Assembly: GCF_001194135.2 (NCBI RefSeq)
Contig: NC_069003.1
Span: 15,913,022-15,977,021, forward strand
Reading direction: 5' to 3'
From: Octopus bimaculoides
Lineage: Eukaryota
Length of the DNA: 64,000 nucleotides
The notes beneath the pieces are model-generated. The model ran no database searches and was not told where the DNA came from. It saw only the letters and a list, made by a program, of their open reading frames with translations. A program made the translations under genes and the position numbers. This document shows, piece by piece, positions 1 through 13,366 of this stretch. How positions within the stretch are numbered: position 1 is the stretch's first letter; each line of letters begins with the position of its first letter.

Positions 1-305
1 TATATATGAATATATAGATGTATCTATATATATGTATATATAAGAAAATTATAATAATATTAGGGACAAGATCCAAAATTACAGGTAAAAACTCAATTAA
101 AATCAATTTATACAAAATTTAAATTAAATTGAGCTTTACAGAGTAAAATATATATAAATATATATAGTTTTAGGGAAAAGATCCAAGGTTCATGAAATCA
201 TCGATGAAAATCCACTGTCATATATAGAAAAATTAATAATTAAAAGCACAATAAATAAGTATAATAGAGTAAAAAGTAAATATCATAAGATAAAGATAAT
301 AAAAT

Positions 306-419
306 GACCACAGGTGTTTCATAACTAATTTTCAAATAGAAAGGAAATTTAAATCGATTAAAATCAATTAAAATTATCGAAAATAAATTCTATTGAAAAA
401 TGCAGCTAATCGTCAGGTC
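306..419 (-). ncRNA. Hammerhead-like motif with long stem II, probably inactive (G at position 17)
   Basis: GAC-CUGACGA-[~20-bp imperfect stem II]-GAA-ACACCUGU-G-GUC on the minus strand. Confidence 0.5.
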
Positions 420-543
420 CTAAATACAACAATAATAACAATAAATAAATGGAATAAATCAATAACTTAAATTCTCAAAGAAAAATTCAGCGAAGCAAAA
501 ACATACGAGCGAGATTAGTGAAGTTTATAGAAATAAATAAGTT

Positions 544-611
544 ATCTGTGGACCATGGTTTCGAAATCAATACTTTTTTACCGAAAATATCTGTTTCTCC
601 TCAGTACAGAC
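544..611 (-). ncRNA. Type I minimal hammerhead ribozyme, core intact
   Basis: Minus strand reads GUCUGUA-CUGAGGA-GAAA...UUUC-GAA-ACCAUGGU-C-CACAGAU. Stem I has 6 of 7 pairs, stem II closes GAAA/UUUC, stem III is palindromic, and the cleavage triplet is GUC. Confidence 0.7.
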
Positions 612-1342
612 TGCCGTAGAAATATAATCCACAGAACCGTGTGCTAGNNNNNNNNNNNNNNNNNNNNNNNNNNNNNNNNNNNNNNNNNNNNNNNNNNNNN
701 NNNNNNNNNNNNNNNNNNNNNNNNNNNNNNNNNNNNNNNNNNNNNNNNNNNNNNNNNNNNNNNNNNNNNNNNNNNNNNNNNNNNNNNNNNNNNNNNNNNN
801 NNNNNNNNNNNNNNNNNNNNNNNNNNNNNNNNNNNNNNNNNNNNNNNNNNNNNNNNNNNNNNNNNNNNNNNNNNNNNNNNNNNNNNNNNNNNNNNNNNNN
901 NNNNNNNNNNNNNNNNNNNNNNNNNNNNNNNNNNNNNNNNNNNNNNNNNNNNNNNNNNNNNNNNNNNNNNNNNNNNNNNNNNNNNNNNNNNNNNNNNNNN
1001 NNNNNNNNNNNNNNNNNNNNNNNNNNNNNNNNNNNNNNNNNNNNNNNNNNNNNNNNNNNNNNNNNNNNNNNNNNNNNNNNNNNNNNNNNNNNNNNNNNNN
1101 NNNNNNNNNNNNNNNNNNNNNNNNNNNNNNNNNNNNNNNNNNNNNNNNNNNNNNNNNNNNNNNNNNNNNNNNNNNNNNNNNNNNNNNNNNNNNNNNNNNN
1201 NNNNNNNNNNNNNNNNNNNNNNNNNNNNNNNNNNNNNNNNNNNNNNNNNNNNNNNNNNNNNNNNNNNNNNNNNNNNNNNNNNNNNNNNNNNNNNNNNNNN
1301 NNNNNNNNNNNNNNNNNNNNNNNNNNNNNNNNNNNNNNNNNN

Positions 1343-1376
<34 letters not shown>

Positions 1377-1604
1377 TATTAAAGCGGACAATTATATATC
1401 CGCTGCATCGAAAATCTGTAATGGGTCCATAACTACAGTCTCGGCTATAACCATGGAGCCCTTGTAATCCGTTACAGCACTTACCTAACGTACCTAACCG
1501 TTTAGATCACCTGTGAAATAAACACCCGTTGTTTGTATATATGTGAGTGTGTGTGTGTATGTATGTGTTTGTGTGCATGTGTGTGTATGTGTGTGTGTAT
1601 GTGC

Positions 1605-1657
1605 AAGTTGCCTTGTTAGTGGATTCTGTACACGGAAACTCCAAGGCGCCCATTCCA

Positions 1658-1692
<35 letters not shown>

Positions 1693-1950
1693 ATGTGTGT
1701 GTATGTGTGTGTATGTGTGTATGTGTGTATCCATGTGTGTGTGTATCTATGTGTGCGTGTATTTGCTTCTGTGTTTGTCCCACTACCACCGCTTGACAAC
1801 CGTTGTTAGACTTTCGTCGAAGGAGACCGAAGGAGACCGAAGGAGACCGAAGGAATGAGCACTAGGCTTTCAAAAAATAAACCCTACAAGGCGGCGCCCT
1901 AACATGGCCGGAGTCAATTAATTGAAACAATTATAACATAAAAGATAAAA
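1605..1950 (+). mobile_element. SINE group A, 5'-truncated
   Basis: Body end, (TG)n and tail with internal (GAAGGAGACC)x3 slippage. Confidence 0.65.
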
Positions 1951-2599
1951 CACGTGTTTCTGTTTTCGGTGAAACTTTTTGGACAATTTGGGCAATATTT
2001 AGTCAAAAGGTAAAACCAATAAGCATGTTTTGGTATTATGGGACCTCATCAGCGAAACATTTATTCAGTCGGTAAACCTATGAGTGACCAATATTGATGT
2101 GAGGTAATGTAATGATCCTGATGATGACTATCAACAGTATGGCCGGGAGAAAACAGCAGTGTGGAAGGAACATATTGAACTGGAAGGAATCATACGTAAC
2201 ACAGGAATTGTTCTCCAAAGAATTACATTAATTAGCCATTGCAATGCACTAATTGTTAATTAAGGAATTGACAACGCATTCGAAAAAAGACCTGGTGGCT
2301 ATCTTAACTGACTCGACGCACCTGAAATCCGTATATACGACTATATTCAATATGCTCAGACAATAAATACGAATACCAGTGTACGTGCATATATATACAA
2401 ATATATATATATATATATANNNNNNNNNNNNNNNNNNNNNNNNNNNNNNNNNNNNNNNNNNNNNNNNNNNNNNNNNNNNNNNNNNNNNNNNNNNNNNNNN
2501 NNNNNNNNNNNNNNNNNNNNNNNNNNNNNNNNNNNNNNNNNNNNNNNNNNNNNNNNNNNNNNNNNNNNNNNNNNNNNNNNNNNNNNNNNNNNNNNNNNN

Positions 2600-2630
<31 letters not shown>

Positions 2631-3529
2631 CGTGTGTGTGTGTGTGTGTGTGTGTATATTGTTGCTGTACGCATATATGTGTGTATGTGTGTGTATTGAC
2701 ATTAGCATATACACATATGTACATACATACACATACAAATATGCACATGCATGTTGTTCTACGGTTATATAGGTTGCCTGCTAGCCGGTATAAGGTGCGT
2801 GTACTATTACACACACAATGAATGTGAAGTAACATATACAAATATAGGCGGTGTATATGTAATGCGAAGTGCAAGTTTGCGTGTGTGTACACTCATACAC
2901 ACTCATACATATGCGTCTGTATGTGTATATATATGTGTTTATATGTGATATATATAGGTATATATATATGTGTGTGTCTGTGTATATGTGTGTATATATG
3001 TGTGTATATATATGTGTATATGTACGTATATATGCATATGGGTGTGTGTATGCATGCATGTATGTATGTATGTATGTATGTACGCACACGTAGATATCGA
3101 ACAGTAAGAATGAGTGCTCAAGACCGCATTGGTGTAGAAGTATTCTTTGTTTTTCAGTTAACCAGGCTACCATTGCTTTCGTGTTAAGAGAGATACACTT
3201 CTTAATAATTATGGAGCCATTGAGAAAGAATAATAAGAACAAAAAAGCACAATGATGCTGGTGCTGGCGATGGAAGAGGCAAGGGGAAGAGAGGGGGACG
3301 ATAACAAGAATGTTTTCTTTGTTGCTGTTTTTGAAAGGGTTTGCTCCTGCTCTTGCTGCTACTACTACTATCAGCAGCAGCACCACCACCACAGCCACCA
3401 ATCTACTACTACATTAATACCGGCGTTTGCATATGCCCATATTAGTGTACAAATACACACACATAAGTGTGTGCATGCGTGTACATATGTGTTGTGTACC
3501 CTTCTTTCGTTTGTCCATTCACTCGTATA

Positions 3530-3582
<53 letters not shown>

Positions 3583-4337
3583 GCATATAGATATGTACAC
3601 ATATACATATATATTACACATATACCTATAGATATATACATATATACATATATGTGTAGATATATATAGATATATATATATCCCTATATATATATATATA
3701 TATATAAACACGCTCATACATACATACATACATATGTCAGACCCCCCCACCCCCCATCCACCTATCCAACAGCAGCAGTAGTAACAATCATTAGATTTCT
3801 ATACAAGTCAAAACAGCTCTCGGGTATAAAACATCTGATAGATTTATTTGTTAAATTATACCTCGACAGAATATTCTCGAAAATTGTTCTTTACTCCATC
3901 AATTCAAGTGATTTCTCTTGTAAATTGTATAGATCTTTCTGGATGTGTGAAGGAGGCGGATTTGGATGGTGTGTGGCGGAACGTTGCGAAATGTGGCGGA
4001 GTATGGCGGAGAGTAGTAGAGTGTGGCGGAATATAACAGGGTGTTTAGCATTTCATTCCGACATTGCATTTTTGTTTGTCTTTTATTTCTATATATAAAT
4101 GTTTGTCTTTATTTCATCTTAATAATTTATTGTGAATGTTGCTGTTATTGTTGTTCGGATTATTACTTTTGGTTTCTTTTCATTATGTATGTTGTATTCT
4201 CTGGATTTATTAATACTTTTTTTAATATTGTATGCATAAATATGATTTATAAATATATTTTTGTATACTTATGTATATGTATGTACATGCATGTATATAT
4301 ATATATGCATGTATACATATGTATAGGCACACGTATA

Positions 4338-4377
<40 letters not shown>

Positions 4378-4400
4378 GCGCTCATATAAACACAGATATG

Positions 4401-4431
<31 letters not shown>

Positions 4432-4826
4432 GGAGATATATATGCGTATGTATACACATAAACGTGTATGCATATATATGATTCTGTGAGTTTATGTGTG
4501 TATATAAAACGTCTTAAATTATTTATAAACACATTATATACGCATATATATTTGAATATTTGCACACACACACACACACACATATCTACAATCATATCCG
4601 TGTGTGTGTGGGGGGGAGGGGTATTGCATTGCATTATATCAAATTATATTTACTTTAGTTTGTTTGTAGGTCTTTTTAAATAGATCGGATATAAGCTACT
4701 CTATTGCTACTTGAAATAAATATTAAAAATTGTTTCAATTCAATACCTTGTTATATACGTGCTTTGTTTTTGTTACCAGAGGATATCTGTGTGTATACAC
4801 GTGTAGGCATGTGTATTTTTCTTTCT

Positions 4827-4864
<38 letters not shown>

Positions 4865-5033
4865 GTGTATGTATTCTCTCTGAACGTAACGCACAAGCCA
4901 TCCAAGTTTTTGTGTGTTCGTGCGCACGCCCGCACGCTGTGTATATATGTGTATGAAGAGAGAACACATAAATACTTCTATATTTATGCATAAACGAGAC
5001 ACAGGGAATGTTAGTTGGAGATATACATATTTA

Positions 5034-5067
<34 letters not shown>

Positions 5068-5725
5068 AGCGAGCGAGCAAGAGAGAGAAAGAAGGACGCT
5101 TGTGTACAAATGTACAATATGAGACAGCAAGAGAAAGAGGGCTGAGAGGGACAATCAGAGAGAAAGAGAAAAAGAGAGAAAGAGAAAAAGAGAGAAAGAG
5201 AAAAAGAGAGAAAGAGAAAAAGAGAGAAAGAGAGAAAGAGAGACAGTCGTGATAAGATACTGTGTTGGATAAGTATATATGTAAGTGTCTATATTTTCAT
5301 TTCCACCTCAATGCATATATATATGACTGCAAATATAATATATATATATACATACACACGTATATATATTTATATATATGTTTATATATCTNNNNNNNNN
5401 NNNNNNNNNNNNNNNNNNNNNNNNNNNNNNNNNNNNNNNNNNNNNNNNNNNNNNNNNNNNNNNNNNNNNNNNNNNNNNNNNNNNNNNNNNNNNNNNNNNN
5501 NNATACATACATTATACAGACAGACAGACAGACACACACACACACACACACATATACATTGACGCATTAAGTACTCCATTTCAGGTCTTATGTACCCGAA
5601 AGATTAATGCTCAGAGTAACAACTGGTATATAATCTGCTTTCAATCTTTATTATTACATTCCACCATTTTGAATACGTTTTTCGATTAATTTATTTCCAG
5701 TCAATACGAAGCCACAATCATCTAT

Positions 5726-5757
<32 letters not shown>

Positions 5758-7005
5758 ACACGCACACACACACGCACACACACACACATATACTGAAGAT
5801 ATAAATGTATGCGTATATGTGTATGTATGTGTGCGCGTATCTATGGGAAAATTTCATTTCGTAATAATTTTTGTTGCTACACAGTGTTCGCTAGAGAAAA
5901 ACAAAGTGTTAAAGTGTTCTTTAAAGCTACATATCGTGTATCAAGTGCTGCTGTACATCTTCAATTAAAGGTTATATTCATTACATATGTTTATATGTTT
6001 ATTACTTTACGAAATACATAACAGCAACATCTATAACTACACCAACAACAAAAGACAAAAAGTCTGAGAGCATCAGAACCAAAAAGGAAGTAATATCAAT
6101 GAATTCTAAAGAACTAAACACGAGTAAGAAATAGCTTTTAGAATTATCTGTATATGGTATTTGTTTTCATAAATTAATACTTCTCAGACGTGTATAATAT
6201 TTGTAATAGAGTTTATATGACATTATAATATAAAATTCTATGTCGTGTTTATTAATATATCGTAGGTGTTGGTTAATAGTTTTTAACAAATTCTTTGCAT
6301 GATATATGAATGGTTGGCTTAATGCGTTCAAAATCTTATTTATTGAATAGATAAGCGAATGGAAGAGGGAAAAGATGTGTGTAGTATGTAGGGACGAGCA
6401 TATACGCAAGCACAAATACAGATGAATGCATAAACGCACACGTTCACACACATCCACACTTATATACACACATATATATACACACATATACGCACGTATA
6501 TGTTGGGAAATTTGGTATAATGAATTTGGTATAGAAAACTTAATACATAAGGCAGGACTATATATATATGAATTGGTTTGAAATATTCGATAGAATCTAG
6601 GCACATCAACACGTACGACTCTGAAATGGGTAGGTACGATAATATAAAGCTCATAGACAGGTAAACAACATTTAATACATCAAGTGTTGCTAAGATACTG
6701 TAAATATGCAGGTACCAAATCCAATTCAAACCGTAGATCCGACTCTGGGGTTGGTTCTTGGTGTGACGTAGTTATAAGAGTAAACACAAATGCCGTCTAA
6801 AATTGTGTGTGAGTGTGTGTGTGTGTTTGTACATATATGATGGACTCTCACGTCGAGGACAAGTATGAGTGTTCAGCTTTTGCTGAATAATTTGCACAAA
6901 CGATTTGTGTACAGTAATCAAATATATGTGCTGTACGTTAACTCACTCTCTCCATCAAATCGACGTTGTATGACATACCACACGTCAGGTGTCAAAATGA
7001 TCACA

Positions 7006-7119
7006 GAACAATGTGAGATGAAAAGGTTTGCGCAACAAAACAACGCACCAACGGGTCTAGGTATTGAAACCTTGATCTCGCGATTGTGAGTGCCACACCC
7101 TGACCATTAGGCCATATGT

Positions 7120-7124
<5 letters not shown>
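7006..7124 (-). mobile_element. SINE group C head
   Basis: Similar to 19570-19713. Confidence 0.6.
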
Positions 7125-7170
<46 letters not shown>

Positions 7171-7314
7171 AACATAAATAGCGTTTAAATCTATAAATTT
7201 TAAATGCCATTTGTGTTTCCTTTTATATCTCTCTCTCTATATATATATATAGAGAGAGAGAGAGAAAGAGGGAGGGAGTAAGAGAAAGGTGCTTACACGC
7301 GCACACACACGCAT

Positions 7315-7385
<71 letters not shown>

Positions 7386-7586
7386 GAGTACACACAAACA
7401 CACTCACTCATATACGTATACATGTCCACGTGAATGTATATATGTATATATAGCCCAATATATGCTAGAAAATGAAGCATGCACAATGATATTCCTTTCG
7501 GGATTCTACTCCCAAACACTACATCCGTTCATTGAAGCTGTTAAGTTAAGCCGTTGATACTTTGAATCTAGGTTCAACGATTGCGT

Positions 7587-7641
7587 TTGAAACTCAAGTT
7601 CAATGTTGAAACTCAAGTTCAATGTTGAAACTCAAGTTCAA
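7587..7641. repeat. 19-bp minisatellite, about 2.9 copies
   Basis: TTGAAACTCAAGTTCAATG. Confidence 0.9.
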
Positions 7642-7934
7642 CTCTGAACTTTGAAGCGTGAATCAGCTAACGATTGATACAAAGCTCAAACGAACTATTT
7701 ATCTTAATGTGTTAACTGTTAAAGGTTTCTAAGATATGGTTGTCTACCCCTATACGTTCGAAGGATGGGGACAAGCCACGAGAGATTATGTACAGTTGAA
7801 AGAAAAAGAACTAAAATCGAATAACATTCAACATTTCAGGCATATATCTCTACAATATTATTGAGTTCTCTATTGTTGTTCATTTAATTTGATTTACAAT
7901 ATAAATATACATAAATATATACAGAATTTGACTT

Positions 7935-8100
7935 AACTATCAGCGACTGAGTAGCAGTACTGATGTGCTTTAATTCCAATACCCTCGCTCGCTATGGAGC
8001 GGTTAACTCCCCTGTCAGTATATAGACTTGTACTGTGTTTATGGCTATGAGGATCTTTGACGCATATTTCTAGCAATATCGGTGCTACCATGCACTCTGA
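7935..8100 (-). pseudogene. Possible decayed retroelement RNase H fragment
   Basis: LYTDRGVNRSIASEGIGI resembles the YTDGS...GIG RNase H motif; short match only. Confidence 0.25.
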
Positions 8101-8395
8101 ATCACTATTAGTAACAATTGAACTTTTCCTTTTTGGTTTTATATTGCGTTTAGTCACCTTTATTATCTTATACTTAGATCTTAAATACTTTTTTGTAGCC
8201 AAAGGGATTGTTAACAAAGTATTTACAAGCCACCACTTCAAGCCCTATTTGCTTCGAGATCAACCATTTCAATACATTTATATACACATATACACATGTA
8301 TGTATATGATATAAATATAATAAACATATGAACTGGAAGGTAAGGCTGACAGACACAGATGAATTGATGGATAGATACTGCCAAAAATTAAACAT

Positions 8396-8465
<70 letters not shown>

Positions 8466-9185
8466 CACAAGTACCTGTATGCACATACATGCAGATACAC
8501 GCACCCTTATATACATACCTACATACATTTTATATCTTAATTTTTATGTATGTATGTATGTATGTATGTATGTATGTATGTATATATATGTATGTATGTC
8601 TGTATATTTGTAGGTGCTTGTGTACGTATGTATATAAACATCTATGTTATTGTCCAATTTGTTTATCAACACTATTCTGATTATTTCTTCATGTCTATAT
8701 GTAATACACACACACATACACACATATATACACTATCAGACAAAAACATACATAAACATGCATAAAATATTTATACACACGCACACACACACATGTCGAA
8801 ATGTATGGGTGTATTTAAGCCCGTTATTGAAGTAATTAAAGTTCTATGCGCTTCTTTCCACATCGTATGCAATAATGATGTATTTAATCGTCACATTCAA
8901 TGGTTTACCATATTTGCAGCGTAAGTCTTTTAATCTTCTCAACACACCTCCTCCAGTTCCTTGTACAGCATTCTTATTAAAACCACGCAGCAGTGAGTGT
9001 GGAGATGAAGGTAAAGTAATTAGCTTAGCAGTTATTATTGTTTATTTTGATGCGTTCAGAACTGGAGGTATGTTGGTGACGAACGCCATCGTTTAGCCGC
9101 GTATTTGTTTATATCCCTTGTCTCTTTTTCCATGTATGTGTGTGTATGTGTGCACGCGCACGTGTGTGTATCTATATATACATGA

Positions 9186-9231
<46 letters not shown>

Positions 9232-9585
9232 CGGAGACCAATAATCACAATCATAGTAGAATGATCGATTTAGCTTTGTAGATACTGTCATAGATTACCA
9301 TACATAAATATTTACATATGCATGCATGTATAACTATATGATTATACCTATTGACAAGCGTGCGCCAACACACACACACACAGCAATATGTGTGACGCGC
9401 GCGCGAGTGTGTGTGTGCGTGTGTGTGAGTTTACACGCTGACACTTGCTTCGCAATCCATGCTTGGATATATGTCATCACACACGAGCATACATAGATTT
9501 GCCAGAATATTTCGATGGAATGCATTTTTCTATACAAGATTTCAAATAATGAAAAAAAGAGAACATGCACATACACACACATACT

Positions 9586-9618
<33 letters not shown>

Positions 9619-10112
9619 NNNNNNNNNNNNNNNNNNNNNNNNNNNNNNNNNNNNNNNNNNNNNNNNNNNNNNNNNNNNNNNNNNNNNNNNNNNNNNNNNN
9701 NNNNNNNNNNNNNNNNNNNNNNNNNNNNNNNNNNNNNNNNNNNNNNNNNNNNNNNNNNNNNNNNNNNNNNNNNNNNNNNNNNNNNNNNNNNNNNNNNNNN
9801 NNNNNNNNNNNNNNNNNNNNNNNNNNNNNNNNNNNNNNNNNNNNNNNNNNNNNNNNNNNNNNNNNNNNNNNNNNNNNNNNNNNNNNNNNNNNNNNNNNNN
9901 NNNNNNNNNNNNNNNNNNNNNNNNNNNNNNNNNNNNNNNNNNNNNNNNNNNNNNNNNNNNNNNNNNNNNNNNNNNNNNNNNNNNNNNNNNNNNNNNNNNN
10001 NNNNNNNNNNNNNNNNNNNNNNNNNNNNNNNNNNNNNNNNNNNNNNNNNNNNNNNNNNNNNNNNNNNNNNNNNTATATATATATATTATTTGATAAACAC
10101 AATATATGTATC

Positions 10113-10208
10113 CATATGCTGCTATCAGTTTCATGTGCTGAAAGCACCAGACGTGTGAAAAACATTGTTGGGAATCCTCTCAGCACATGAAAGTAATAGT
10201 AGCACATA
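10113..10208. repeat. 29-bp imperfect inverted repeat with 38-nt loop
   Basis: Core TTTCATGTGCTGA / TCAGCACATGAAA is perfect; about 5 mismatches in the outer part. Confidence 0.7.
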
Positions 10209-11053
10209 AATACATATATTGTGCTTATTAGATAATATTTGTCTCTATCTTGTTGATCTTACCATCACGGAACAGTACACCACGTGTATAACGGGCTTGT
10301 TTCAAACTCCGTCTGCGAAATCCACTTAAAAGTCTTTAGTCAGCCCAAGATGCCACGCAGTGGAGGTAAACCCGAAACCTTATGGTTGGGAGATGCATGA
10401 CTTTTCTCGTGTTAAATAAGTGATCTACATCGTAAGGATGGAGCATTGTATCTTTGATTAAAAAAAAACAGGTCCGTCCTTACGGGATGACTTCCAATGA
10501 TTCAAAGTAGAAGAGACTATATACACACACGTATGCTGGTCATTAATGAGTCCAAATATTATATAAATGTATTTCATTCAAGAAATGAACTCAACAAAAA
10601 GTATTTTGTTTCGGACTAAGAAGCTTCTTTGTTGAACACATGTTAATAAAAGTTATTAATAACAGGCCCTTATAATTTGAGATCAATATTCTAAGTGATT
10701 TAGCCATTTCCTCCTAAAGATGACACCCGTGTATTATGTATGTTATCATATATGTATATATGTATGTATATTTCACCTGTGTCGACCAGGTTGTTGGAAT
10801 TTGTTACGCACAGCTGGTCACAATGCGCTCCCAATTGGTTCTGGATTGCGCACTTTTTAATTTATTAAATTGTCTTTCCATCACCGTGGAAACCTTTACA
10901 ATGGCCTTTGCGGATTTCTTGGATACTGCTCGATAACTGCATAGCTCCAGTGACTATTTTTCAACCACGTCGCGCGTCAACCTTGGCGGAGCTTGTGCTT
11001 TTGTGCTTTATTGTATTGTATTGTGACATCACGTTCACTCCGATGTATTCTCA

Positions 11054-11090
<37 letters not shown>

Positions 11091-11369
11091 GTGTGTGTGT
11101 GCGTGTGTGCGTGCGTGTGTGTGTGTGTGTGCGCGTGTGAGTGTGTGTGTGAGTGTGTGTGTGTGAGTGTGTGTGTGTGAGAGTGTGTGTGCGCGCCTAT
11201 GTGTGTTATTGCATGTAAAAACACACACACAGGTAGAATGAAATGGAAAGAGAAATAAAGTAAAATATCCGTTTCTATTTCATTCCTATGTATTTATATG
11301 TGTATAAGTATTCCTATACGCTTATATGGTGCACAACTGCGAATCCATATATTTATATATATGCATTGT

Positions 11370-11378
11370 ATAGATAGA

Positions 11379-11410
<32 letters not shown>

Positions 11411-11480
11411 TAGACAGACAGACAGACAGACAGATAGATTGATAGATAGGTAGGTAGATAGATAGATAGATAGAGAGAGA
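11370..11480. repeat. Compound (GATA)n/(GACA)n microsatellite
   Basis: Direct reading. Confidence 0.95.
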
Positions 11481-11534
11481 GAGCGAGAGATAATGTAAAA
11501 ATGTATGTGTGTATAATCCATTTCACAATCTCAG

Positions 11535-11633
<99 letters not shown>

Positions 11634-11963
11634 GTATATATATACATATATATATATATATATGTATGTATGTATGTATATATGTATGTGTTTATACCAA
11701 TATACATGAGCGTCTGTGTGTACGTGTGAGGGTCTGAGAGTGTGAAAATGTGTTCATCAATTTTACTTTGTGTGTATATAATTTGGAAAGTATTTATCTA
11801 CAGTAATTTTCGTTAAGCTTAAATCTTTAATTTCTAATTCTTCTTAAAACATTTCAGACGAAGAACTTTTTGTTTTCGATTTTGTTGTGTGTGTATGTGT
11901 GTATGTGTGTGTGTGACTGTGTTCGTGTGTGTATGCATGTATTTACGTATGTATGATGTATGC

Positions 11964-12052
<89 letters not shown>

Positions 12053-12156
12053 TATATGTATATACATATGTATATATATGTATGTATATATACATATATA
12101 TATGTATATACATATGTATATATATGTATGTAAATATATAAGTAAGTATAAATATG

Positions 12157-12197
<41 letters not shown>

Positions 12198-12206
12198 AAA
12201 TATATA

Positions 12207-12598
12207 CTTACTCTTTACTCTTTTACTTGTTTCAGTCATTTGACTGTGACCATGCTGGAGCACCACTTTAATCGAGCAAATCAACCTCAGAGCTTATTCT
12301 TTGGAAGCCTAGTACTTGTTCTATCAGTCTCTTTTGCCGAACCGTTAAGTTACGAGGACGTAAACACTCCAACATCGGTTGTCAAGTGATGTTGAGAGGA
12401 CAAGCACAGACACACAAACATATACATACATATACATATACATTTATATACATATACGGTGGGCTTCTTCCAGTTTCCGTCTACCAAATCCACTCACAAT
12501 GCTTTGGTCGGCCCGAGGCTGTAGTAGCAGACACTTGCCCAAGGTGCCACACAGTGGGATTGAACCCGGGACAATGTGGCTGGTAAGCAAGCTACTTT
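12207..12598 (-). mobile_element. SINE group A, near full length
   Basis: Same head, microsatellite and tail organisation. Confidence 0.85.
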
Positions 12599-12870
12599 AT
12601 TTCATAATATTTGCCATAAGGCCATACATAGAGGGGACGGACAAGGATACACAAACATTAAAAGGAGTGAAGTAGCTTTAAACGATTAAAAATTAACACT
12701 GATTATCATATAGATGAAATTAATAATGAATACATTGCTAAAAGCAGTGTTTAACACGAAGGAAAGGCGTCCTATACCAGAGTAGAAACTTTGCTTTCTC
12801 TCCGTGGCTCCGCTCACTTGGTTTCAGTTACTCCCATCTTTCTCTCCAGAATATACATAAATATACATGA

Positions 12871-12917
<47 letters not shown>

Positions 12918-13269
12918 AAAGTAATATTTTGTTACAAACGGACCCGAAAGGCTTTGCGAGTTACGTAGATAGAGCTACTATGGAATNNNNNNNNNNNNNN
13001 NNNNNNNNNNNNNNNNNNNNNNNNNNNNNNNNNNNNNNNNNNNNNNNNNNNNNNNNNNNNNNNNNNNNNNNNNNNNNNNNNNNNNNNNNNNNNNNNNNNN
13101 NNNNNNNNNNNNNNNNNNNNNNNNNNNNNNNNNNNNNNNNNNNNNNNNNNNNNNNNNNNNNNNNNNNNNNNNNNNNNNNNNNNNNNNNNNNNNNNNNNNN
13201 NNNNNNNNNNNNNNNNNNNNNNNNNNNNNNNNNNNNNNNNNNNNNNNNNNNNNNNNNNNNNNNNNNNNN

Positions 13270-13366
<97 letters not shown>

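Larger units (their letters stand above)
1..647 (-). mobile_element. Penelope-like terminal-repeat relic carrying two hammerhead motifs
   Basis: AT-rich non-coding stretch with two CUGANGA...GAAAC motifs on the minus strand and a repeated TAGGGA(C/A)AAGATCCAA at 61 and 171. No RT is visible, so the assignment is inferred from the ribozyme type. Confidence 0.5.

Noticed and set aside
8840-9050. Minus-strand open frame ...LLRGFNKNAVQGTGGGVLRRLKDLRCKYGKPL... as a possible exon
   Set aside because: No recognisable family match, weak splice signals and no Met; kept only as a tblastn target.
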